Source of the DNA: Sphaerodactylus townsendi
Taxonomy: Eukaryota
DNA: 64,000 bases
Direction of reading: 5' to 3'
NCBI RefSeq assembly: GCF_021028975.2
Contig: NC_059436.1
Coordinates: forward strand, 54,002,001-54,066,000
The translations under genes and the position numbers were made by a program. Positions 24,901 through 35,506 of this stretch are shown piece after piece. Under the pieces are notes generated by a model. It was not told the DNA's origin. It was given only the letters and a program-made list of their open reading frames with translations, and ran no database searches. How positions within the stretch are numbered: position 1 is the stretch's first letter; each line of letters begins with the position of its first letter.

Positions 24901-26846
24901 AGTTTCCTCTCCTCTCCCTGCTCGCGTAACTCCCTCCCTCTTCCTCTGCTATGCACCCAGCCTCCCCCCCCCCACTCTTCCTCCTTCCTGCAAATAGGGT
25001 TCCCTCCTGATTGGGGCTGTTCCTGGCCTCGTCCTCGGCCCGGATACGTCGACGTCAGCATCTCTCGGCGCAGCTGCGCCTGCAGTTTCACCAGCCGCTG
25101 TCAAGCTCCAGCAGCCGCAGAGCTGCGGTATGCGATCAGCCCATACCGGCCTGCCGTCACCGACGCCAGCGCTTCCTTGACAGGTCAAGTTGCTGCCGGT
25201 CCCGCCGGCCGATCTCACAATTCCGCCTCGGCATGCGGGAGTCCGGGGTAAGCCGTCACGGGCAGCCACGCGGCGCACTCTCGGACAGGTTTCATGGACT
25301 TTTTGGGTTTTGTGTTGGACAAAGTGGGCTCCAGACCACAAAAGCTGGGCCACGTAACATTTGTTACTCTTTGAAGTATCACAATGCCATTTGTTGGATT
25401 TTATAGGTCATATCCAGACCATTTCCAAGCAAATCTGCTTCACAGTGTAAATCCCTCAGAATTGGGACAGCAGCCATTTTGTGATTCCCCCTGCGAGAAG
25501 CTCCACCAGAGTTGCAAACTAGACTCGTGGCTTCCTCTGGAGCAAGGGTGGGCAATTATTTTTTCCATGGGGCCGCATAAGAAACAGAAAATATTGTGAA
25601 GGGCCGGGCCAAGCAGGGTGATCTTTTGAAAGTCTCACGCTATAGCCCATGCAGCCAGCCAGGCAACCGGCTTGTGCAGGGCTTCTAAAGACAATTCCGG
25701 CCTAGCAAGACGGTAGGGCGAGGCGGCTTTTTGAAAAGCTCCTCACAGGAAGCCGGGCAGCCAAGGCAAACTGGGTTTCCTGGGGGCTTTCAAAGACGCC
25801 TTCGGCCCCCAGCACACAGCAGGTGGGGGCTAGTCAGGGTCATCCTGGCAGGTCAATGTGGCCTCAGCAAGGGTCAGAGGCAATGCCCAGGTCTGCTCTG
25901 GAGGGTAGAGTGGTCCCTGAGAATATAGAAAGCAGCCATCGTTGGATGAGTGAACAGAAGTTTGGTCATGACCCCGCATTGTCCTGCTCTCAAATCCTTG
26001 CCAAGATCCTGCCTCTCGTATGAGTGGTACTGAGGAAGTTTATTTAGTGCATTTTTATTCTTCCTGGGAAGTCAGAGTGACGTGTGTTGTTCTCCCCTCT
26101 TTCCTTTTATCCTCACAACAAACTTTGAGGTAGGCTAAGCTGAGAGAGTGCCTAATCCAAGGTCACTCAGGAAACTTGACTGCGCAAGAATTTGAACTGG
26201 GGACTTCAGAATATCCTCATCTGATTTCTAGTATTGCAGGAGGCGAACCTCTGGCACTCAGATAGCATGGATTACCGAAAGTTCCTATCAGCCCAATTGG
26301 CCATGCTGGCAGGGGCTGATGGGAATTGTAGTCCATAACATCTGGAGTGCCAAAGGTTCGCCACCACTGCCCTAGTAACTACACCAGAGCCCTGTATTCA
26401 GGGAGGAGGGTAGTATCTTTTGATATATCTGGCTGTTGTCAGTGCAGACTAAACCAAAATCCCATAGCTGTGTCACTTAGCAGGAACAGTAAAACGCTGA
26501 CTTTGAAAGCTTTTCCTTCCTGGTCACCTGGAATAAGTTATTACTCACCCCAGGAGGGTAGTTTCTGCTAGCCTATTCGTTAATTATTCCCCTGATTTCC
26601 CCAGGTGGCCTGTGGCACAGCAGCCTGATCGACCGAAACCTCATAGACTATTTTATCCCATTCCTTCCTCTGGAGTACAAACATGTGAAAATGTGCATCC
26701 GGGCAGAAATCCAGTCCCGTGGCAACGAAATAATCGAGACCGTAGTCCAGAAGGTGGCGGACGAGATGACCTTCTTCCCAAAAGAGGAGCGGATCTACTC
26801 GGTCAAAGGCTGCAAGACAGTCCAGACCAAGTTGGACTTTTACTGA
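15494..26846 (+). CDS. TOR1B: Torsin-1B (ER AAA+ ATPase); exon 4 not found in this sequence
   Basis: Exons 15494-15701, 16428-16693, 19264-19436, [exon 4 absent], 26605-26846. Signal peptide, Walker A GWAGTGKN, Walker B IFDEMDK, C-terminal KGCKTV. Tail-to-tail with TOR1A as in other vertebrates. Has the NGT sequon and lacks the NIT sequon, as expected for 1B. Confidence 0.88.
16428..16693 (+). CDS. TOR1B: TOR1B exon 2
   Basis: 266 nt, AG/GT bounded, LFGQHLA...GWAGTGKN...LYK. Same length as TOR1A exon 2. Confidence 0.95.
16774..17075 (-). mobile_element. tRNA-derived SINE (Squam3-like)
   Basis: Reverse complement of the 54444 copy. Confidence 0.85.
17265..17510 (+). mobile_element. tRNA-derived SINE (related subfamily)
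   Basis: GTAGTGGTTAAGAG...GGTTTGATTCTCC head and CTT-rich tail. Confidence 0.75.
17881..18140 (-). mobile_element. CR1 LINE 3' UTR fragment
   Basis: (TTCTTATG)n tail on the minus strand. Matches the 3' end of 22785-23592. Confidence 0.85.
18620..18982 (+). mobile_element. CR1 LINE 3' UTR fragment with a ~120-bp tandem duplication
   Basis: Matches 23360-23592; the terminal segment is repeated. Confidence 0.85.
19264..19436 (+). CDS. TOR1B: TOR1B exon 3 (3 nt shorter than the TOR1A exon)
   Basis: [38 protein letters not shown]. 173 nt versus 176 nt. Confidence 0.9.
21270..21410 (+). mobile_element. PIF/Harbinger-type MITE
   Basis: TIR GGCTCATTCCGCAC...GTGCGGAAGGGGCC with a TAA TSD. Other copies at ~30548-30679, ~42720-42860 (reverse) and ~44650-44794. 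Confidence 0.85.
22785..23592 (+). mobile_element. CR1 LINE 3' fragment (ORF2 C-terminus and 3' UTR)
   Basis: [38 protein letters not shown], and a TTCTTATG tail. Confidence 0.95.
26605..26846 (+). CDS. TOR1B: TOR1B exon 5 (coding part)
   Basis: (S)[30 protein letters not shown]...[30 protein letters not shown]. Confidence 0.95.
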
Positions 26847-27235
26847 GATTTTTAAAAACCACACTGAACTGGGAAGTGGAGGACTATAAACATTTGGACC
26901 TTCCCGCCACCTCTACTTTTCTGACGCACTTTTTGGGGAGGGGGACGATGACAAATCTGTGGATATGCACTTTTGAATGCTTTGTGATATGAGACATGTT
27001 TTCAGGAAGCTGCTGGGGTTTTTACAGTACAGTTTGGTCTTTTCCTCCCCAACCATCCTACCATCAAAAGATTGCCTTTTTAGATTACAGAGATGCCTTC
27101 AGAAGCACTCTTAAGTGTGCCGAGCAGTGTAAGGTGACCACTGCGCTCTCTGAAATGGTTTCTCATCTCTCTCTCCCTCTTGGCTGCAAAGCTAAAAAGG
27201 GATGTTACAGGATTCCATTATGTTACACCTTTTAC

Positions 27236-27587
27236 CAGTGGCGTATCTACCTAGGGAGAAGGGGTACCCTTGTCCCTGGGCGCCACTCTTCTGGTCACAT
27301 GGGGGGCGCAAAATCGGCCCCCCACATTACCAGGAAGTCCTGCTGCCTCGTCGTTTTCATGTGCCTCGACCCCGTTTGTGTCAGTCGAGGCATGCAAAAA
27401 TGACGAGGCAGCAGGACTTCCTGCTGCCTCCAAGCACCCTCAACCCCACCCTGGACTCCCCCTCCCTTCCTTCCCCCGACTGGTGACATGGGTGGGGTCA
27501 AGGGCACCGGCAATGGGGGACGGAGCCTGGGGGGGCGTCCCAGAGACAATTTGTCTCTGGGCGCCGTTTACCCCCAGTACGCCTCTG
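27236..27587 (+). mobile_element. hAT-like non-autonomous element in the probable TOR1B 3' UTR
   Basis: CAGTGGCGTA...TACGCCTCTG termini. Imperfect 8-bp TSD CCTTTTAC/CTGTTTAC. Internal hairpin at 27331-27423. Confidence 0.75.
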
Positions 27588-29497
27588 CTGTTTACACAAG
27601 CCCCTCCCTCTCCTTTGGGGAATTTTAGCTTGCAGAGATCAGTGACAAGTTGAGCGTCTTCAGGTTGGTCATAATGTATAGATTTTTCCAGATGCTGATG
27701 CCTTGTGAGCAGAAGAGGTGTCCCTTTGTTTATAAGGCTCAAAGCCAACCTGTTTATATGGCTCTAGGCCTGTCCACCTAACAAAATAAGACCTATTCGA
27801 GCTCAGGGGAAACTGGTTAGTAAATGACAAGTGAGGTTGTTCTGCCCTCTTTGATTGGGACAATTTTGCTCTTTGGAAGAAACCTCCTCTCCGCTGAAGA
27901 ACCAAAGAGGTTTCTGTCTGGCATCATTTGCCCTTGGGAGGGCCAGGGAAATAATTGAGCTGTTACACTTTTGCTTGGTTTGTCTGCTTCAGTGCCACGA
28001 GGGGAAAGATTTCATTCCCAGTTTTGCCATTTCAGCTTGCCCAGTCTTTCACCTGTCTGCAGGAATACAGTTAAGAAAACCTGAAGTTGTCTTATGAGAA
28101 GATGGTGGTTTCTGCTGTTTCCATCCTACTGAGAAAGAAAACCTGAGTTTCTTTACGTTTTCTGGTTGGACACAGACCAAAGGTCTGCGCTGAGGTCAAT
28201 TGCAGGAGGATCGAACTGTTCCTTCTCTGACTAGGACTTTCTAACCTCAGGGGTAGCACCCAGCCCATGCAACATGTTCTTAGAACCTTTTCATGGGATT
28301 AATTTTTAGGAGCACATTTTAAAAAAATGAAATGAATGCCTTGATCCCCAGAATGAAGTCATTGGGGATTATATAGTCTATTTTTAAAAGAAAGTTGCGG
28401 GGAAACGAAAATGCTTGCTCAGAGGTGAGTGTTTCCATCTCTTCCCCTCCCCTCTATTTTTAAAGCTACTTGCAGAAGCATTATTTTTTTACATGTATCC
28501 AGTCAATACCTTCCTAGTGGTGTGAACTGGGAGGGTGGCCGGGTCAGCCCAGAAAATCAATGAGAGCCTGGTTCCTTATAAGACCTGTTCCTCACATGCA
28601 GGAAAACAACGGGAGAATGAGAAGATGGAGGGGAAGGAGAGCCACATTTTAGCACACACCCCCCCCCCCGCCCCATTTAAGAACTTCATGCAGCTTATGA
28701 AACAACATAACAAAGCCAGGAGAAATGACGTAGCCTTTCTTGCCAGCAGGTTAGTTTTTCAATTTTCACGGAGTTGCTTAACATGAAGGAATAATCCCAA
28801 ATTGGAATCTACCATCTGCCGTCTGGTTTCGACTGTTTCGCCCATCTTGGGCATCTCTGACATCGTGAGGAAGGAGGAAGGAGTGGCTGCCACGTGCTCT
28901 TTTGTGCAAAGGGCCAGAAAGTGCCTGGACTCTCATGTGAAAGGCGTTCTCCCCTGTTCGGGGTGCTGCCGCCAGAAGGCTCGATGTCCCTTGAAATTCT
29001 GCAACTGCTTGCTCTTCTGGATGTTCAAATGCAGGCAAGAGGCCTTTTACCATTTGCAGAATTATAGGAAATACTCCAGAGAATGCTTATTAATCTTTCG
29101 CTGATGCAGATTCCTTGCACTGAGACCACGGGTGTGCGCATGTGAAATAATAATTTACCAAAAGAGACTTAACAGAGTGCCGTGTTTGCAGTGGAGCCAA
29201 AAAATACCTGTGAGTTACTTTATTATCCGAGTATGTTTTTAAATACTCTTATGTTGTGTTCCCTTCAGTCTGTTGTGTGTGAATCTTGCAGCGAAAAGCG
29301 ACTGCACCATAGATCATTATAGCTGCTACACTGATGCATTAAACCTTGGTGGTTGCTTTCCACCTCTCCAAACCAGGCCTTCTTGTGCATTCTCCCCTAT
29401 CCTCATTGCAGTCCAAAACTGTACTGTAGGATTCCTGAAGCTTTAAATGCAAGAGTGTCACTTTGAGGAACGGAAATGGTTTTCTGTGAGCAGCTGC

Positions 29498-29503
29498 AAT
29501 AAA
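29498..29503 (+). terminator. Candidate TOR1B polyadenylation signal
   Basis: AATAAA followed by GT-rich sequence. No transcript evidence. Confidence 0.45.
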
Positions 29504-30153
29504 GATTTTCATTTGTGTTGCTGCCTGTTGTTCTCTGGTCAAACTCTGTTAACTCTACTGCGTTTTTTTGTGCACTGAGAATAGTTTATTGTACGGTTGG
29601 GTAGACATTTCTCAGGAGCTGATCGGGGCTTCCCAGAAACGCCTTTTAAAATTGTACAGATATTTTGCTATGGTAAAATATGGGCATCATTCAGCCATAA
29701 GTCTCCACCACCTTTACTGCTGTTACTGCTGAGGTCTGAGCAGTAGACAGGGAGCTTTTGTTTCTTTAAGGAAAATATGGTGAAGAGATAACTTAGCCAC
29801 TGACAGCATAGTCCTTGGATCTCTATCCACCAACAAGTAGGGGACTATCTTTCTTTATGGCAAGAGGTAAAATAGGGACAATAAGAGTTCTATTGAGGGC
29901 GTTCCAATATCACATGGGATAGAGTCAACCTTTTAAAAGTTTCATTGACAGAGTCTGTTTTTGGTATGACAGATCATGGTGTCTCCCTAATACGACTGCC
30001 ACGGGTGCAGCATTCAAACATGCAAGAGTACGATGCAGACTAACTGTTAGGTTTCTTATCTAAGATGGAATTTTTGAAGGTGGGAGATTACCAAAGATCT
30101 GAGTGGAACATACTCTTTGAGCTCATGTATAGAGTTAAAATAGTCTAGCATGG

Positions 30154-30422
30154 TCAGCATAGTGTAGTGGTTAAGAGCTACTCTAATCCGGAGAACTGGG
30201 TTTGATCCCCAACTCTTCCACATGAGCAGAGGACCCCTATCTGGTGAACCATGTTTGTTTCCCCCACTCCTCCACATGAAGCCTGCTGGGTGACCTTGGG
30301 CCACTCACAGTTCTTTCAGAACTCTCTCAGTCCCACCTACCTCACAGGGCGTCCATTGTGTGGAGAGGAAGGGAAAAAGTTTGTAAGCCATTTTAAGACT
30401 CCTCACAGGAGAGAAAGGCAGG
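30154..30422 (+). mobile_element. tRNA-derived SINE
   Basis: Similar to 17265-17510. Confidence 0.75.
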
Positions 30423-30899
30423 ATGAGCAATTTCTCATCTATTTCTTGTATCCAGGGGGACTAGAATTAATCCTTATTAAGATCATAAAGCAGGTTATCC
30501 TTTGTTGAAAAATAACTTTTAGCTTATGTTTAAATGCTTGCAGCTATGGCTTATTCCGCACATGCAGAATAATGCACTTTCAAACTGCTTTTTGAAGCTC
30601 TGCGGAATGGCAAAATCCACTTGCAAACAGTTGTGAAAGTGGTTTGAAAACGCATTACTTTGCGTGTGCGGAAGGGGCCTATGTTTTAGCTTCAGTAGAC
30701 CTTTGTTCCTGTTCTAGCCTTAAAGATAACCTGGCAACACATCTTGAGGTCCTTGAAATTCACCACAGAAATTGAGTCTGATCTAAATTCTCACTAGCAT
30801 GAAGGATCCATATTGAGGCATCATATAGGAACTGTAGAACAATTTTCAGATTAAATACCTGCAATTCCCCTGGAATATATTTGCCTCCTTTGGAAAATA

Positions 30900-31500
30900 A
30901 AAAAAAAATTCAATTGCTGCCATCAAAGGTTTAATTTTGTTATGAATTTGAGATGGGACTGCCACTTAAAGTTAAGAGTCGAAGACGATGCCCAAGTATG
31001 GGAATTGAGAGACTTGTTCTATGCTCTCAATGTTCCAGGTCATAAAGTGGTTTTCTTGGTTTTAGAAAATACCGTAATATTTGATTTTGAGTAGTTGACC
31101 TGAAGTTGCTCAGATTTGCAGTATTTCAAGAAATGTTTTAAAAGTCTTCTCAGACTGATCTGAGAATGAGACATAAGAATGGTGAAACTCTACAAAAGAA
31201 GTTGTGACATCGTTCAAAAACAGATTGAAGAGTAGGGGAGCCAAGAGACAGCCTTGCTTTGTTTCTCCCAACAAGTCAGAAGTACTCCAGAAGTTCTTCC
31301 TTTTCTCCGCAGCAAACCCAGGCCTTACAAAAAGAATAAAGTTTTTTATTGACCAAAGCAGCCTTTTATCGATTGATGCATGTTCCAGTTTTCCCCGCAG
31401 CCGGCTCCTAGATACAGTGTCAAAAGCTCTTTTAAGGTCTATAAATTCAACATTTTTTTAACCTCTTGGTGAGAAGGTATATATTTCAGCTAAGTGGGCT
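30900..31500 (-). mobile_element. Degenerate non-LTR retrotransposon RT fragment (clade uncertain, RTE-X-like)
   Basis: Minus-strand FIDLKRAFDTVSR and KQGCLLAPLLFNLFLND. Confidence 0.65.
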
Positions 31501-31549
31501 AGAATGATTTATTTCTGTAAATTTATTTCCCAGCCATCACCAGAGTCCC

Positions 31550-32445
31550 TGGGTGGGATAGAATTTAAAAAGCACAATAAAAAAAAACAATTATTAAAAA
31601 ATCTAAAACCCAGGGAAGTTGATACAGGGAGGGGGAACCACTCAAAAGGGGTCAGCCATATGACTGGGTACAGAGGGTGATCTTAGCCAGGCACCTAAAC
31701 TCCTGCAGAGTTGGTGCCCAGTGAACTTCTAGGGCAGACCCCTGTTCTAGGGGAGAGAGTATTCTAAAGCAGAAGGCGATATGACTCTCAGGAGGGCCCC
31801 TCCCACTGACCTCAGCGCCTGGTAATTGGGCCAGGTAGTGAACAGTGAGCCAATGCAGTTCCCTCAGGACGGGTGTTATATGATGGTGTCCTGAGCTGCC
31901 ATGTTCTGCACCAACTCCAGCTTCTGGACCATCTTCAAAGGCACATCACAACAGTCTAACCGGGAGGTTATCAGCCCATGAATGACTGGCCAGGTCACCC
32001 CGGTCCAAGTAAGGGCGGATCTGGGAAACCAGCTGGAGAACCTAGTAGGTCCTCCTCACCACCATAGTCACATGGGATTCCAGTGACAGCGGTGGATCAA
32101 GGATAACCCCAGGTCCCACATCCTATCTTTCAGGGGTAAAACCACCCAATTCAGGATTGGGTGCCCCTTAATCTCCCAGGTCTTGGGATTCAGGATACAC
32201 AACACCTCCTTCTTGCCAGGATTCAATTTCCATTTATTCTCCCTCATCCAGCCCATGACAGTCTCCAGACACCGGTCAAGCACAGACAACTCCTCCCCTG
32301 ATGCAGGTGGAATGGAAAGGTAGAGCTGGGTGTCATCCGCATATTGGTGACAGCCCAACCCAACCCCCTGACGGCCTCTCCCAGTAGTTTCAGTTGGATG
32401 TTAAACAACATAGAGGACAGCACTGAGCCCTGGGGAACCACATAA
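31550..32445 (-). mobile_element. L2 LINE RT/3' fragment
   Basis: VPQGSVLSSMLFNI and CHQYADDTQLY..WMRENK.KLNPGK, frameshifted. Confidence 0.85.
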
Positions 32446-32691
32446 GGGAGCTCCCAGAATTAAATAATGGTCCTGAGGACCAAAGCCCTTTTAAAGCCTG
32501 TCTGATATATCATTGGAGGTTATCCGTCCCACTAATTTGTGGAAGACTGTAGATATGAAGAGTGTAGCTTTGACACCGATGAGAGAAGGCCAACTATTAT
32601 CCCAATATCTTTCCAGCATGGGGTGAACCAGCACAAAAGATGATGTTACACAGATGTGACAACAAGCACGTGGCTATTTAGCCAACCGAAA

Positions 32692-32697
32692 TTTATT
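32692..32697 (-). terminator. Candidate TOR1A polyadenylation signal
   Basis: Minus-strand AATAAA after a U-rich stretch. Alternatives at 34008-34013 and 33521-33526. Confidence 0.35.
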
Positions 32698-35261
32698 TGG
32701 AGATTTACAAACCATTACAATTAAACAAAAACTGGCACCATGATCATTGTGCATGACCGTACTAGAGCTGCGATCTGCAAAGTCATTCTATTTCATTCCT
32801 TCATCACATTGATATTGGGGGGGAGGGGGAAGAGTCCCTTAAAGGGTTTTTGCGCTTGAATCTGCACCCCATACTTGATTTTAGGCCTGACAGGGGGACC
32901 TGGGTGGTCCAGCCTAGCCCAATATCACTAAAACTTGTAAGCTACAGAGAGTCAGCCCTGGCTAGATCTCCAGGGAAGTCCAGGATTGCCACACAGAGGC
33001 AGGAAATGGCTCTCAACATCTTGTGCCTTGAAAACCCTGTGAAGGGTCACTGTAAGTTAGCTATGACTTGGCAGCACTTCCCTCCACCATCACCACAGAG
33101 AAAAGGGGCATCTTTTTTGGCCAGCTCCCAACCACAGCTGTGAGTGAGGGGCGGGGTTTCAACAGGGGAAATGTAGTACTACATCTGCCCCCAAAAAACA
33201 GAGTTCCCAGTGTGTTCCCTGGAGCTTATCTCCATGGCCAATTACCTGACCTCTGCTGCCCAAATGTCACATCCTGCAGAGGCGCACGGAATACAACCTG
33301 CCTGAACCTTTCTGGAGCTGCACAGGAAGAGGTGGTTCTGGGGCAGCCCTGCATAGCGGCCTCCATGTCTTGATAGGCGTTTTCCCATCCTTGCCAGCAG
33401 CAGCAGTCCTGCCCATAGTGACAGCCGGACACAGGGTCAGTTGTGCTTGTTAGTGAAGGGAGAACAGAGAACTATACACGCTGCTGCTTACTGCACAGCG
33501 ACCCCACAGTTTTTGCCATTTTTATTTAGCCAAACATACTCCATGCTTCCTCCCACAAAGCCAGGTGGTAGCTAACAACATTAAGGTAAAAAGGATACAT
33601 ATCTACCTTTTTACAACACACAAATAGGATACAAGCCCCGGTAGATCACTGATTGCCACCCAAAGAGTCCATCTGAATGCTGCTTTGCACCTTATCTCAA
33701 AAAGCAAAAGTAGAAAACCCTGCTGATCTCCTCCAGGCGGCCAATCTGTATCATGGGGGTTATTCTTGAGAAAGTCCAAGGCCTGCGCCAGGAGGCGTTC
33801 CGCAGATGCTGCCAGGCAGAGGCACAAGCCCACCCTTAGAGCAGCCTATTGGCAGAAAACAGCCCCTTAAACAGCTTCAGACCAGCAAAAAGCAACTTGG
33901 AACGTGGTTATGCAGAGTTCACTGGAAGATAACAAAGAGGTTGATTTACCATAATGTGTAGATCTCCAGGAAAGCAGCACCTAAAGCGCTTTTCCTCTGT
34001 AGCCAAATTTATTTTGCTTTTTACTGCCCCTCCCTAGGACAAAGCCCGTGTGCCACACACAGTCTTATTGCAAAATCCCATATGGGTTTGGTGCCCGGGA
34101 CTGCCCGCCAAGACTGTCACCACCAACTGGGAAAGTGTACAAATCTTCCCAGAAATGCTTTCAGTTCTCTTAAAAGTCATCCAGCTCCCCCGTTCCCTGC
34201 CTCTCTTCACCAGGAAACGTAAGATAGACATGAACCAGGCACACAGGAACTGCTCACTTAGAACTCCACAGGAGAGAAGACCGAGGCTTCAATGGCTGTC
34301 TGATTGACTGTCGAAGACCGTTCTTAATCATCTGCGCTTGAAATACTGGTGGAGAAGGATAGCTCGGCTTCACTGTTAGGGTCCTCAATCATGATCCTGC
34401 AATTGTAAGTGGTGGTCTTAAGTATCCTACCTTCAGGTACGTGTTTTGGTGGGAAGCCCCGACCTGACCCCCATACAGCCACTGTGCACTCAAGAGCATT
34501 CTGGAAGAGTCATCCCAGTGGAGACGAGGATCCTGGCTAGGTCTCCCTGTTACATTAAATGACAGGGGTATTCTGGAAACCACCCCAGAATTTTGCAGGG
34601 CTGTACACTGGAGAGAGGGGATCAGATTGCCAGTAAGGTGCATGCTGGTGGAAAAGGGGACCCCCTCCTCTTCTGCTAGTAAGGGGTTCCTGAAGAATCC
34701 TTTGATCAAATCCAAAGGGACTCCCTCACATTCCCCAGCAGTTTGAAATCTGCGGATAGTTACTATCTTGAAATATCAACCAAAAGAATCCACAAGTTTG
34801 GTTTCATATAAAAACACCCCATAGGCCTAATAGGCTGGAGAGCATTGCCTTCATTTCTTCAGAGGAATCACACAATCGTTGCTTTAAGTCCCCAGTGCAG
34901 AATGCCTCTGCTTTCTTATCAACTGGACACCTAATCACGAGGCCCCAGCCTAGCAGACAGACGACTGCTCAAAGAAAGCAACCATCTGAATGGCTTCACA
35001 GTATATAGGCACTGTTAAGACAATGCTCAGGAGTGGGTGGACTGAGACACCGAGAGTTCTCACACTTGAGGCCACCAGGCTGAGGTTATTTTGCAATTAG
35101 GGTCACCCACTCCCACCCCCTGCTTAAATTAAGAACAAATGATACTGTCTATTTACATTGTTTCAAACCCTTTTTAAACATGGTGGGTGAGGGGAGGGGG
35201 AAATCCTTCAAATTCTGCACTTGGGTTCGTTTTCTTCATTGAGGACGAGATCATAAAAATA

Positions 35262-35506
35262 TCACAAGTAAAAATCCAACTTTGTGTATACAGTTTTGCA
35301 TCCTTTATCAGAATAGATCCGCTCCTCCTTTGGGAAATAGGTCATCTCATCTGCTACTTGGGTCACGATTTCTTCATCTATCTCGTAGCCCCGAGACTCA
35401 AGTTCAACTCTGATGCACATTTTCACATGCTTGTACTCCAGGGGAAGGAAAGGGATGAAGTAATCAATGAGGTTCCTGTCGATGAGGCTGCTGTGCCAAA
35501 AGCCAC
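35262..35506 (-). CDS. TOR1A: TOR1A exon 5
   Basis: (S)[12 protein letters not shown]...[31 protein letters not shown]. Confidence 0.95.

Noticed and set aside
24399-25406. 253-aa and other ORFs in the GC-rich intronic block
   Set aside because: Low-complexity P/S/R-rich products expected from GC-rich DNA, with no recognisable motif.
26605-35506. Recent gene conversion between TOR1A and TOR1B exon 5 (13 differences in 80 aa, similar TGA-nATTTTTA ends)
   Set aside because: Many synonymous positions differ, so purifying selection explains the similarity. Only a phylogeny could show older conversion.
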